A stretch of DNA of 64,000 nt from an uncultured Actinomycetes bacterium (GTDB lineage Bacteria; Actinomycetota; UBA4738; HRBIN12): NCBI GenBank assembly GCA_963704725.1, contig OY969934.1:1312001-1376000 (forward strand). The letters are read 5' to 3'. A model generated the notes under the pieces. That model searched no databases. It was not told the DNA's origin and worked only from the letters and a program-made list of their open reading frames with translations. Below are positions 17,778 to 27,103 of the stretch, piece after piece (the stretch's first letter is position 1; each line of letters starts with the position of its first letter). The position numbers and the translations under genes were made by a program.

Positions 17778-18452
17778 ATGGCGGCACCGGAGCAGCGCGG
17801 CGAGCTCGGCGAGAGCCGGAGCGCGGTCTCCGCGGTGTGGATCGCGCCGCCCGATGCGATCGCCTGGCTGGTCGTGGGCCACGGCGCCGGCGCGGGGATG
17901 GATCATCCGTTCCTGGCGGGGTTCTGCCGCGCCATGGCCGAGGAGGGCGTCGCCACGGCGCGGTTCAACTTCCACTACGCGAACGCGGGCCGGCGCTCGC
18001 CCGACGCCGAGCCGGCGCTCCGGGCGGCGTGGACGGAGGCGTTCGAGGGTGCGAGCGAGCTGGCCTCGGGGCTGCCCGTGCTCGCGGGGGGAAAGTCGCT
18101 CGGCGGGCGGATCGCCTCGATGTGCGTCGCCGACGGGATGGCGGCGGCCGGCCTGGTGTTCCTCGGCTACCCGCTGCATCCGCCCGGCAGGCCGGAGCGG
18201 ATCCGCGACGAGCACCTGTATCGGATCCGGGTGCCGATGCTGTTCCTGCACGGGACGAGGGATGCGTTCGCGCAGCCCGACCTGCTCGCGAAGGTCGTCG
18301 CCAAGCTCGGCGCGATGGCCGCGCTCGAGGAGATCGAGGGTGGCGACCACTCGTTCAACGTCCGCGGCCGCAGGGCCGACCCCGCCTCGGTCGGCGCGAG
18401 CCTCGCGGAGCTCGCGGCTCCGTTCGTCCGCGACGTCGCGGAGGGAGCCTGA
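17778..18452 (+). CDS. Alpha/beta hydrolase (KANL3/Tex30-like)
   Basis: HGAGAGMDH, GGKSLGGR, GYPLHPPG, GTRDAF, GGDHSF. Confidence 0.88.
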   Translation: MAAPEQRGELGESRSAVSAVWIAPPDAIAWLVVGHGAGAGMDHPFLAGFCRAMAEEGVATARFNFHYANAGRRSPDAEPALRAAWTEAFEGASELASGLPVLAGGKSLGGRIASMCVADGMAAAGLVFLGYPLHPPGRPERIRDEHLYRIRVPMLFLHGTRDAFAQPDLLAKVVAKLGAMAALEEIEGGDHSFNVRGRRADPASVGASLAELAAPFVRDVAEGA

Positions 18453-18730
18453 TGCCGAGGAAGAACCGTCGCGCCGCCGAGGACCCCGCGCCGCAGCCGC
18501 GGATGCCGCAGTCGGCCGCGCCGATGTGGGCGATCGTGCCGGGGTACGACGTGCGCCGCGTCTTCGCGGAGAAGCCGTATCGATGCCCCGGCTGCGACCT
18601 CGAGGTCCGAACGGGCGTCTGGCATCTCGTCGTGGTGCCGCAGGACTCCCCCGACGAGCGCCGCCATTGGCACGAGGGCTGCTGGCGCATCGAGCTGAAC
18701 CGGACGCGCGGCCGTCGTCGGGGCCCCTGA
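18452..18730 (+). CDS. Small actinobacterial Cys/His (putative Zn-binding) protein
   Basis: MPRKNRR start, KPYRCPGCD, HLVV, RRHWHEGCW; TGATG coupling. Confidence 0.75.
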   Translation: MPRKNRRAAEDPAPQPRMPQSAAPMWAIVPGYDVRRVFAEKPYRCPGCDLEVRTGVWHLVVVPQDSPDERRHWHEGCWRIELNRTRGRRRGP

Positions 18731-18834
18731 CGGCACGCGCTTGCTAGGCTCCCACGGCCGCGCATGCGCTCCTCCTGCCGGTCGGTGGTGAGCGCGGCGA
18801 GTCCGAGCGCATCCGGTCGAAGGAGGGACTCACG

Positions 18835-19113
18835 GTGGGCGAGACGACGCTCGGCGTCCTGGCGGCTTCCTGGGGCGTGGTCATGGCGCTCTCGCCGGTC
18901 CTGCAGATCCGCAGGATCGTGCGGCGCCGCTCCTCCGAGGACGTCTCGCTCGGCTATCTCCTGGTGGTGACCGTCGGCTTCACCGTCTGGATCGCGTACG
19001 GCGCGGCCCTCGGGAACGCGGCGCTCATCGTCCCCAACTCGGTCGCGCTGGTCGTCGGGATGACGACGATCCTCGTCGTGCTCCGCTATCGATCGCTCGA
19101 CCGCAGGGGTTGA
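18835..19113 (+). CDS. SemiSWEET/PQ-loop family small transporter
   Basis: 92 aa with three TM segments, LQIRRI..RSSEDVS, WIAYG, N in TM3; AGGAGG RBS. Confidence 0.8.
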   Translation: MGETTLGVLAASWGVVMALSPVLQIRRIVRRRSSEDVSLGYLLVVTVGFTVWIAYGAALGNAALIVPNSVALVVGMTTILVVLRYRSLDRRG

Positions 19114-19123
19114 GGGCCGTGCG

Positions 19124-19768
19124 ATGACCGAGCGCGTGGTGTACCTCGTCCGGCACGGCGAGTCGGATTTCGACTCGCGCGAGTTCGCGGTCACCCCTCG
19201 GGGGCGACAGTGGGATCCGCCGCTCGGCGAGCGCGGCCGGGAGCAGGCGGAGCTGCTCTCGCGGCGGCTCCTGGCGATGGATCCGCCCGCCGCGGTCTAC
19301 GCCTCGCCGCTGCGCCGCACGAGGGAGACCGTCGCGCCGTACGCGAGGGCGGCGGGGATCGAGGTCCGGTACGAGGATGGGCTGGCCGAGGCCCACATCG
19401 GCCAGTGGGAGGGCAGGCCGTTCGAGGAGATCCTCTCCGGCGACGAGCGGCTCCTGCGCCGCGTGCGGAACCAACAGCCGATCTGGCGCCAGGCCCCCGG
19501 AGCCGAGCAGCTGGAACCGTTCCGGGCGCGCGTGCGCGACGCGATCGAGGGCATCCTGTCCCGGCATGCCGACGGCAACGTCGTGGTGATCTGCCACGGC
19601 GGGGTGATCAACGCCTACCTGGCACCGATCCTCGGCGTCGACCACGAGATGTTCTTCCTCCCCGAGAACACGTCGATCAACTCGGTCGTCGCCGACGGCG
19701 AGGTCCGGCGCATCCGGTTCCTCAACGACACGTTGCACCTCACGGACCCGCACTACTTCGAGATCTGA
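19124..19768 (+). CDS. Histidine phosphatase (phosphoglycerate mutase family)
   Basis: LVRHGES, SPLRRTRET, GQWEG, CHGGVI. Confidence 0.9.
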   Translation: MTERVVYLVRHGESDFDSREFAVTPRGRQWDPPLGERGREQAELLSRRLLAMDPPAAVYASPLRRTRETVAPYARAAGIEVRYEDGLAEAHIGQWEGRPFEEILSGDERLLRRVRNQQPIWRQAPGAEQLEPFRARVRDAIEGILSRHADGNVVVICHGGVINAYLAPILGVDHEMFFLPENTSINSVVADGEVRRIRFLNDTLHLTDPHYFEI

Positions 19769-19844
19769 CACCACCGCGCCTGAGCCCAGCGGCGGCCCCC
19801 GCCTATACTCGCGGGACGCCCGAACCCGACCTATGGAGGCTCAG

Positions 19845-20228
19845 ATGCCCGTCCCGTTCCTGTCCGACGAATGGACCGTGGAGCTGCGTGAACGGCTGAA
19901 CCGGAGCGACTCGTTCAAGAAGGCGGCGGGAGGAGCCACCGCGACGATCCAGAACGTCATCGCGACGCCGGACGGACCGAAGCGGTACTGGGTCAAGTTC
20001 GACGCCGGCGCCGTCGACATGGGCGCGGGCGAGGCCGACCAGCCCGACGCGACGATCGAGCAGGACTACGAGACCGCGGCGGCGCTCGCTCGCAGCGAGC
20101 TCAATCCCGTCAGCGCGTTCATGACGGGCAAGATCCGCATCAACGGGTCGATGATGCTGCTCATGCAGCTCCAGGGCGCGCTCACCGAGCTCGCCAAGGA
20201 GATGCAGGAGATGGACGTCGACTACTAG
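19845..20228 (+). CDS. SCP2 sterol/lipid-binding domain protein
   Basis: FLSDEW, LNPVSAFMTGKIRING motif; GGAGG RBS before ATG 19845. Confidence 0.85.
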   Translation: MPVPFLSDEWTVELRERLNRSDSFKKAAGGATATIQNVIATPDGPKRYWVKFDAGAVDMGAGEADQPDATIEQDYETAAALARSELNPVSAFMTGKIRINGSMMLLMQLQGALTELAKEMQEMDVDY

Positions 20229-20695
20229 GCTCGCCCGGCCGGGTCGTCCACGGGCCGGATCAGGAACGACGCAGTCGCTCGAGCGATGAGCGTTCCGTCC
20301 GAGCGGACGACGTCGGCCTCCGCGTAGCCGAACCTGCGCCCCCGCTTGACCACCCGTCCCCGCGCGACCACCCGGTCGCCGAGCCCGCCCGGCGCGAGAA
20401 ACGTGAGCTGCAGCGACGTCGTCGCGTGCGTCCACCCCTCGTCGAGGGCCGCATGCATCGCGACGCCGGTCGCCATATCGGCGAGGCTCGAGATCACGCC
20501 GCCGTGCAGCGCGCCCATGAGGTTCAGGTGGTCGTCGCGGACCTCGATCGCGAGGTCGGCCTCGCCCGCCTCGAGCCGTTCGAGCCGCATCCCCATCCAC
20601 GCCGGGAAGCGACCGTGCTCGACGCGCTCGCGGATCGCGGCGATCCGCTCCGGGCTCGTCCCCCCGGCCGCCCGGTCCTTCGCCGCGCCGCTCAC
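20225..20695 (-). CDS. PaaI-family hot-dog thioesterase
   Basis: HLNLMGALHGGVISSLAD motif; GTGA overlap with larE stop. Confidence 0.88.
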   Translation of the reverse strand: MSGAAKDRAAGGTSPERIAAIRERVEHGRFPAWMGMRLERLEAGEADLAIEVRDDHLNLMGALHGGVISSLADMATGVAMHAALDEGWTHATTSLQLTFLAPGGLGDRVVARGRVVKRGRRFGYAEADVVRSDGTLIARATASFLIRPVDDPAGRA

Positions 20696-21552
20696 CGCCG
20701 CGTGGGGGGCGCGATCGGCAGCTCGAGCCGGTCGACGCGCCAGTCCGCTCCGCCCTGGCGGTATCCGGTGGGGTCGATCTCGACGCTCCGCCAGCCGAGC
20801 CCGCGGATCTCCGCCATCGCCGACGTGAGCCGGGGATGGTCGCGGAGGCGCCGCACCTCCTCGGCTTCGACCTCGATCGTCGCCGCCTGCCCCCGGTGGC
20901 GGACCCTGACGATCTCGAACCCCAACGCCCGCACGATGCGTTCGGCGCGGTCGATCCGTCGCAGGAGCTCCGGCGTGACGCGGATGCCCTGCTGGATCCG
21001 CGACGACAGGCAGGCCAGAGCCGGCTTGTCCGCCGTCGGCAGGCCGAGCGCACCCGCGATCGCCCGGACGTCGGCCTTGCCGACCCCTTCCTCGAGGAGC
21101 GGGTTGCGGACGCCGGCCCGCTCTCCCGCCCACAGCCCCGGCCGGAAGTCCTCGAGGTCGTCGGCGTTCGCTCCCGCCAGGACCGTCGAGCCGGGCGACG
21201 CGATCGAAACGACGCGTGAGAGCGTCGCGTACAGCTCGGCCTTGCAGTGATAGCACCGCATCGCGTCGTTCCGCGCGTACGCCTCTCGCTCGACCTCGTG
21301 CGTCCGGACGACGCGGTGGACGACGCCGAGGCCGTCGGCGACGCGCGACGCGCTCGCGAGCTCGCCGCCAGCGAAGCTCGGCGACACGGCCGTGACCGCG
21401 ATCACCGAGGCGGGCTCGAGCGCCCGGGCCGCGAGCGCGACGACGACGGACGAGTCCACGCCGCCGGAGAGCGCCACGACGGCGCGGCCACCGTATCCGT
21501 GGATGCGCGCCTCGAGCGCGGCCATCAGGGCGGTGAGCTCTCCGGCGCTCAC
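20692..21552 (-). CDS. larE: ATP-dependent sulfur transferase LarE
   Basis: SGGVDS PP-loop, RCYHCK, GANADD..DFRPG, KPALACLSSRI, RVRH. Confidence 0.92.
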   Translation of the reverse strand: MSAGELTALMAALEARIHGYGGRAVVALSGGVDSSVVVALAARALEPASVIAVTAVSPSFAGGELASASRVADGLGVVHRVVRTHEVEREAYARNDAMRCYHCKAELYATLSRVVSIASPGSTVLAGANADDLEDFRPGLWAGERAGVRNPLLEEGVGKADVRAIAGALGLPTADKPALACLSSRIQQGIRVTPELLRRIDRAERIVRALGFEIVRVRHRGQAATIEVEAEEVRRLRDHPRLTSAMAEIRGLGWRSVEIDPTGYRQGGADWRVDRLELPIAPPTRR

Positions 21553-22745
21553 GCGTCCCCCTCCATCAGACGCCGGGCGAGCGCGGAGGCCTCGGCGTGG
21601 ACCGAGCGCACGGGTCGGCCCAGCTTGCGCGCCGCCTCCACCACGTCCTCGTGCTCCGGCTTGGCCGAGACCGGCCGCCCGTCGAGCAACCCGACCTTCA
21701 CCCGGATCCGGGGCCCCCCGTCGGGCATGCCGATCTCGACGACGTGTCGATCGAGCTCCGGCCGGACCACCGAGTGCATGCGAACGCCGAGCGTGGTCGT
21801 GTTCTCGAAGAACGCGCGCCGGACCTCACGCTCCGCCTCCGGCACGCAGAGCGCCGCGGCCACCAGACCCGGCCTGCCCCGCTTCATGATCACCGGCGTG
21901 ACCCAGGCGTCGAGAGCCCCGGCCTCCAGGAGCGCCTCGACGGCGTCCGGGACCAGCTCCGGCGACAGGTCGTCGACGTTCGCCTCGAGGATCAGGAGCT
22001 CACGATCCGGCACACCGTCCGAGGCGTCCGGGGCGCCGATGAGCACCCGGACGACGTTCGCCACGCCGGCCGGGTCCCGGCGCCCTGCGCCCGTCCCCAC
22101 GGCCTCGAGGATGAGGCGAGGGAGCCGCGGCGTGGGTTCGGCGAGGGCCGCGAGCACTGCGGCGCCGGTGGGGGTGACGGTCTCGTGCGAAGCGTCCGCG
22201 TCGGACGGCCGGAGCCGGAAGCCTCGCAGGAGCTCGAGGACGACCGGCGCGGGCACGCCGTGACCGCCCGGCCCCGGGTGCCCCTGCGGCATGGGCAACG
22301 GGATCGACGACACGCCGATCCGGTCCACGCCGAGCGCGTCGAGCGCCGACGCGATCCCCACGACGTCGAAGAGCGTGTCCTCCTCTCCGAGCTCCTCGAG
22401 CTCGAGGTCGTCGACGAGGATCCCGTGGACGCGGGCCTCGGCGGCGAAGAGCCGTTCGAGCACCTCGCGGGCCCGGGTGCGCACGTCCTCGGCGAGCGCG
22501 TCGTTCCCCACGGCCGAGAGCTGCTCCTGCGCGGTGCGGCGCCCGGTCCCGTCGAGCCCGTCGAGCGCCAGCGCGCGCAGCCCGGCCCGGCGGACCTCCC
22601 GGGTGCCGATCGTCACGTCCCGGCCGAGGACCGTCGAGACGGCCGCCTCGATCCGGTCGCGCGGCGCCCCGCCGTCGATGAGCGCCGATAGCAGCATGTC
22701 GCCGGAGACGCCGCCGACGGCGTCGACGATCAGCGTCCTCAGCAC
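21549..22745 (-). CDS. larC: Nickel insertase LarC (divergent)
   Basis: GVSGDMLLSALID, VTPTGAA, LEANVDD, GALDAW..MKRGRPG, TTTLGVR, KPEHED; lies between larB and larE. Confidence 0.88.
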   Translation of the reverse strand: MLRTLIVDAVGGVSGDMLLSALIDGGAPRDRIEAAVSTVLGRDVTIGTREVRRAGLRALALDGLDGTGRRTAQEQLSAVGNDALAEDVRTRAREVLERLFAAEARVHGILVDDLELEELGEEDTLFDVVGIASALDALGVDRIGVSSIPLPMPQGHPGPGGHGVPAPVVLELLRGFRLRPSDADASHETVTPTGAAVLAALAEPTPRLPRLILEAVGTGAGRRDPAGVANVVRVLIGAPDASDGVPDRELLILEANVDDLSPELVPDAVEALLEAGALDAWVTPVIMKRGRPGLVAAALCVPEAEREVRRAFFENTTTLGVRMHSVVRPELDRHVVEIGMPDGGPRIRVKVGLLDGRPVSAKPEHEDVVEAARKLGRPVRSVHAEASALARRLMEGDA

Positions 22746-23527
22746 GGCGCCGGGCGGGCGGCGCGAGCGATCAGCCCCGCGGTGTAGCCGGCGCCCACGC
22801 CGTCGTCGATGTTCACGCACGCGACGCCCGGGGCGCACGACGAGAGCATGGAGAGCAGCGCGGCGAGCCCGCCGAGCGACGCGCCGTATCCGACGCTCGT
22901 CGGGCACGCGATGACCGGCACCGCGGCGAGGCCGCCGACCACGCTCGCCAGCGCCCCCTCCATCCCGGCGACCACCACGATCGCGTCCGCCTCCGCGAGT
23001 CGGGGGCGGGCCGCGGCGAGCCGGTGCAGCCCGGCGACGCCGACGTCCGCGACGATCGACGCGTCCGCCCCGAGGAGCGAGGCCGCGAGCTGCGCCTCCT
23101 CGGCCACCGGGAGGTCCGCCGTCCCTGCCGTGAGCACCAGGACACGCCCGCCCGAACGCTGCACGTTCCGGAGCAGCGCGACACAGCGGGCCCGAGGGCG
23201 CTCCACGAGGTCCGCGGAGGCGCCGTTCGAGGCCGCGCGGACGGCGGCGACGTGCTCGGCCGACGCCCGAGTGACGAGGATCGGCCCGTCGTTGCCCGAG
23301 ATCAGCCGTCCGACGATCGCGCCGACCTCCTCCGGCTCCTTCCCGTCCGCGAAGACGATCTCGCACACGCCCTGCCGGAGCTCGCGATGGTGATCCACCT
23401 TGGCGAACCCGAGATCGCTGAACGGCAGGTCGCGGAGCCGCTCGACCGCGGTGTCCGGCGAGAGCGCTCCGTCCGCCACCCCTGCCAACAGCTCCTGGAG
23501 GCGAACCTCGAATGCGGAGGTAGCCAT
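22739..23527 (-). CDS. larB: NPN cofactor carboxylase/hydrolase LarB
   Basis: AKVDHHRELRQG, AGTADLPVAEEA, DVGVAGLHRL, AGMEGAL, PTSVGYG, SSCAPG..VNID; TATGGT 8 nt before ATG. Confidence 0.93.
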   Translation of the reverse strand: MATSAFEVRLQELLAGVADGALSPDTAVERLRDLPFSDLGFAKVDHHRELRQGVCEIVFADGKEPEEVGAIVGRLISGNDGPILVTRASAEHVAAVRAASNGASADLVERPRARCVALLRNVQRSGGRVLVLTAGTADLPVAEEAQLAASLLGADASIVADVGVAGLHRLAAARPRLAEADAIVVVAGMEGALASVVGGLAAVPVIACPTSVGYGASLGGLAALLSMLSSCAPGVACVNIDDGVGAGYTAGLIARAARPAPC

Positions 23528-23571
23528 GGAACGGCACCATACCCGGCCCGGCGCGCTCGCGTGCCCGGCGG

Positions 23572-24699
23572 TCAGCGGTAGTCCGCGGGATCCACCGAGA
23601 CCGAGCCGTCGATGATGGCCTGCGTCAGCTGCTCGATCCGGGTCTTCAGCTCCGCCGGTACCTGGTCGTCGTACTCGTGGAAGGGGGCGATGCCCACGCC
23701 GCCGTTGCCCAGCGTCCCCCGATACGGGCCGCCGACGAACCTCCCCTCGACCATCGCCTTCACCTGCTCGAAGACGGCGAGGTCGATGTTCTTCACGACC
23801 GACGTGAGGAACTGCGGGCAGAACTCGGACGCGGACACACATCCGTCGGTGTCGATCCAGATGACCTTGACGTCGCCGGCGTCCTGCGCCACGGCCGCGG
23901 CGCCGATGCCGACCGGACCGGCGACCGGCAGGATGACGTCCGCCCCCTCGCCGATGAGGCGCTCGGCCGCGGTTCGACCGGCGTCCAGGTTCACGAAGTC
24001 GCCGGTGAACAGCCCGGCCGCCGGGTTGCTCGGATCCCAGCCGATGAGGCGGACGTTCCCTCGGCCGTCGAGGACGTACTTCGCGATGCCGGCCCAGAAA
24101 CCGTCCATGAATCGCGTGACGGGAGGGATGTCCTGCCCGCCGAAGGTTCCGATCGTGCCGGTCGCCGACATGCCCGCGGCGAGGTAGCCGGCGAGGAACG
24201 CCGCCTCGTCGGTCGCGAAGCCGAGCTCGCGGACGTTGTCGAGCTCGACCCGCTCCTGCGTCTCCGGGTCGATGGGGCCGACGTCGACGATCGCGAACTT
24301 CTGGTCGGGGTGCTCCCGCGCCGCCTGGAAGGTGGCGCCGGCGATGGGGAACCCGATCGTCACGATCAGGTCGCACCCCTTGTCGATCAGCATGTCGATG
24401 TTGGGCGCGTAGTCGCTCTCGGACTGTGACTCGATGACCGAGGGTTCCACCCCCAGCTCGGTCTGGGCCCGGGTCAGGCCGGCATAGGCACTCGCGTTGA
24501 AGCTCTTGTCGTCGATGCCGCCCGCGCTCGTCAGCTCGCAGGCCGTGAATCCGGCGCCGGGCAGCTCGGTGGCGCTCGGGGTGGCGCCCCGGTCGCCGGG
24601 GGGCTCCTCCTGACAGGCCACCACGAGCAGTGCGACGACGGAGGCGATGAGCGACAGCCGGACCCTCAGGTGGTCTTCACGGGACGGGAACGGATGCAC
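23572..24699 (-). CDS. BMP-family (PnrA/TmpC-like) nucleoside-binding lipoprotein, second copy
   Basis: Lipobox LVVAC; GGIDDKSFN, FLAGYLAA, GADVILPVAG, IWIDTD, LTSVVK; start uncertain. Confidence 0.88.
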   Translation of the reverse strand: MHPFPSREDHLRVRLSLIASVVALLVVACQEEPPGDRGATPSATELPGAGFTACELTSAGGIDDKSFNASAYAGLTRAQTELGVEPSVIESQSESDYAPNIDMLIDKGCDLIVTIGFPIAGATFQAAREHPDQKFAIVDVGPIDPETQERVELDNVRELGFATDEAAFLAGYLAAGMSATGTIGTFGGQDIPPVTRFMDGFWAGIAKYVLDGRGNVRLIGWDPSNPAAGLFTGDFVNLDAGRTAAERLIGEGADVILPVAGPVGIGAAAVAQDAGDVKVIWIDTDGCVSASEFCPQFLTSVVKNIDLAVFEQVKAMVEGRFVGGPYRGTLGNGGVGIAPFHEYDDQVPAELKTRIEQLTQAIIDGSVSVDPADYR

Positions 24700-24716
24700 G
24701 CGCGGCCTCGGGCCGG

Positions 24717-26003
24717 TCAGCCCGTCTCCTCGCCTCGGCGGTACGTGATGCCGTCCGCCGCCGGCGGTCGCAACCGCTGCGAGGCGACGGCGAGCACGAG
24801 CAGCGTCGAGACGTAGGGCGTGATGTAGATGAACTCGCGGGCGACCGTGTCCGTGACGCCGTACCACACGAGCACGGCGGCGCCGATCGCCAGGACGGCC
24901 GCGCCGACGGTGGCGTGCCGCCGCCACAGATACCACATGCCAAGCCCGACCAGGGCGATCCCGATGAAGAGCAGGAGCGCGTGCACGGCGTCGTCCGACC
25001 GCAGGTTCAGCGCGTCCGTGTAGCCGAACAGCCCGGCGGCCGCGGCCGTGCCCGAGGGACGCCAGTTGCCAAAGATCATCGCGGCCAGGCCGATGAACCC
25101 GCGTCCGCCGGTCTGGCCCTCCCGGTAGATCCCCGCCGCCTCGAGCACGAGGAACGCTCCGCCCAGACCGGCGAGCGCGCCGGAGATCAGCACGCCGAGG
25201 TACTTCATCGTGTAGACGCGGACGCCGAGCGACTCGGCGGCGACGGGGTTCTCGCCCGCGGAGCGCATCCGCAGGCCGAGGCGGGTCCGCCACAGGAAGA
25301 AGAAGGTGAACGGCACCAGCAGCATGGTGATGACGGTCAGGACCGAGAGGTTGACCGTCAGCCCGTGCGCGAACGCTCCGAGGTCGCTCACGAGGAACCA
25401 CCGCTGCCGCTCCAGCCAGCCTGTCAGGTCCGGCGTCCTCCAGCCCATCAGGTCTCCACCCGAGACGAAGGGGAGGGTGAAGCTCGGCAGGCTCACGGTC
25501 ACCTGGGGAGACTGCGTCGCCCCGCCGCCCATGTCCGTGAAGATGATGACGGACAGGAAGCGCGCGACGCCGGCCGCGATGATGTTGATCGCGACGCCGG
25601 AGACGATCTGGTTCACGCCGAACGTCACGCTGGCGATGGCATGGACGAGCGCGCCGAGCATCCCGCCCGTGATCCCCAGGACCACGCCCCACCACGGACC
25701 GAACTCGACGCCGCCCCACGCCCCGAACCAGGTCCCGAGGATCATCATGCCCTCGAGGCCGATGTTCACCACGCCGGTTCGCTCCGCGTACAGGCCACCC
25801 AAGGCGGCGAGCAGGATGGGCACGGCCAGCCGAAGGGCGGCCCCGAACGTCCCGCTCGAGGTAAGGTCGTCGGCGCCGGTGAAGACCCGAACGCCGGAGA
25901 CGAGCAGCATCACTCCCCCCGCGAGGATGAGGATGCGCCGTGTGTCGATGCGGCGGGTCGCGGTCGCCTCGGCGAGGGCCCCCTCCGGTCCGACCCAGCT
26001 CAT
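24717..26003 (-). CDS. Nucleoside/sugar ABC permease
   Basis: ERTGVVNIGLEGMM, GLRMRSAGENP, GRGFIGLAAMIFGNW. Confidence 0.92.
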   Translation of the reverse strand: MSWVGPEGALAEATATRRIDTRRILILAGGVMLLVSGVRVFTGADDLTSSGTFGAALRLAVPILLAALGGLYAERTGVVNIGLEGMMILGTWFGAWGGVEFGPWWGVVLGITGGMLGALVHAIASVTFGVNQIVSGVAINIIAAGVARFLSVIIFTDMGGGATQSPQVTVSLPSFTLPFVSGGDLMGWRTPDLTGWLERQRWFLVSDLGAFAHGLTVNLSVLTVITMLLVPFTFFFLWRTRLGLRMRSAGENPVAAESLGVRVYTMKYLGVLISGALAGLGGAFLVLEAAGIYREGQTGGRGFIGLAAMIFGNWRPSGTAAAAGLFGYTDALNLRSDDAVHALLLFIGIALVGLGMWYLWRRHATVGAAVLAIGAAVLVWYGVTDTVAREFIYITPYVSTLLVLAVASQRLRPPAADGITYRRGEETG

Positions 26004-27103
26004 GCCGGCACCCGCTCCTTCTCGGCCTCCAGCCGGCGGGTCTCCTCGGCCGCCACCTTGACCTCCTGCGCCAGCACGATCCGGCGGACCACCGCGTAGG
26101 CGATGACGACCGACAGGATGATCGCGCCCTTCGTGATGACGATGACCTCCTTGGGGATCCCCTGCAGGTCGAGGATCTGCGCCGCGCGATCGACCCACCC
26201 GAAGAGCAGGGCGCCGACGGCGATGCCGACCGGGTGGTTGAGTCCGACCAGCGCCACGGCGATGCCGTCGAACCCCAGCCCGGCGGGGAAGTCGAGCGTG
26301 TACGCGTGGAAGAACCCGAACAGGTCGCTCATCCCGATCAGCCCGGCGACGCCGCCGGAGATGAGCATGGTCGTGATGATCATCCGCCCCGGGCCGACCC
26401 CGGAGGCCTGGGCGGCGCCGGGGTTGATGCCGGTGGCCCGGAGGTCGAACCCGAAGCGGGTCCGCCAGATCAGCACGTAGACCAGGATGCCGAGGATCAC
26501 CGCGAAGATCACGAACGAGCGGAGGTCCTCGCCGCCGATCGTCGTGATGGGGGGAAGCTGGCCCGACGGCGCGATCTGTCGCGTGGCGATGATGAGCTCG
26601 GATCCGGAGTGGGGCTTGCGCAGGTAGTTGGCGAGCAGGTACGCGCTGATGCCCGTCGCGATGAAGTTCAGCATGATCGTCGACACGACCTCGTGGACGC
26701 CGCGCTTGACCCGCAGCACGCCGGCCACGCCGGCCCAGCCGGCCCCCACCACCATGGCGACGATCATGATCAGCGCGATGTGGAGCGGCGCCGGCAGGGT
26801 CAGCGCCGCGCCGACCGTCGCGGCCATGAGCGCGGCCAGCCGGTACTGGCCCTCCACGCCGATGTTGAACAGGTTCATCTTGAACCCGATGGCCACGGCG
26901 AGGCCGGCGACGTACAGCGGGACGGCCCGGTTCACCATCGACGCGAGCGAGTTCCCCTGGCTCCCGTAGTCGAACATCGAGCGGAACGCATCGAGCGGGT
27001 TCTCCCCGATCGCGATGAGGGCGATCGAGGACACCACGAAGGCGAGCACGATCGTCGAGATCGGGACCAGCAGCCACAGCAGACGGATGCGGAGGCGACT
27101 CAC
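26000..27103 (-). CDS. Nucleoside/sugar ABC permease
   Basis: LFNIGVEGQ, HEVVSTIMLN, GFDGIAVAL. Confidence 0.92.
   Translation of the reverse strand: MSRLRIRLLWLLVPISTIVLAFVVSSIALIAIGENPLDAFRSMFDYGSQGNSLASMVNRAVPLYVAGLAVAIGFKMNLFNIGVEGQYRLAALMAATVGAALTLPAPLHIALIMIVAMVVGAGWAGVAGVLRVKRGVHEVVSTIMLNFIATGISAYLLANYLRKPHSGSELIIATRQIAPSGQLPPITTIGGEDLRSFVIFAVILGILVYVLIWRTRFGFDLRATGINPGAAQASGVGPGRMIITTMLISGGVAGLIGMSDLFGFFHAYTLDFPAGLGFDGIAVALVGLNHPVGIAVGALLFGWVDRAAQILDLQGIPKEVIVITKGAIILSVVIAYAVVRRIVLAQEVKVAAEETRRLEAEKERVPA

Noticed and set aside
24661-24699. Possible 1-nt frameshift at the start of the second BMP gene (GTG AAG ACC ACC TGA would give MKTTLRVRL with one more C)
   Set aside because: An in-frame GTG at 24699 with a GAGG upstream gives an acceptable lipoprotein signal, so no frameshift is needed.
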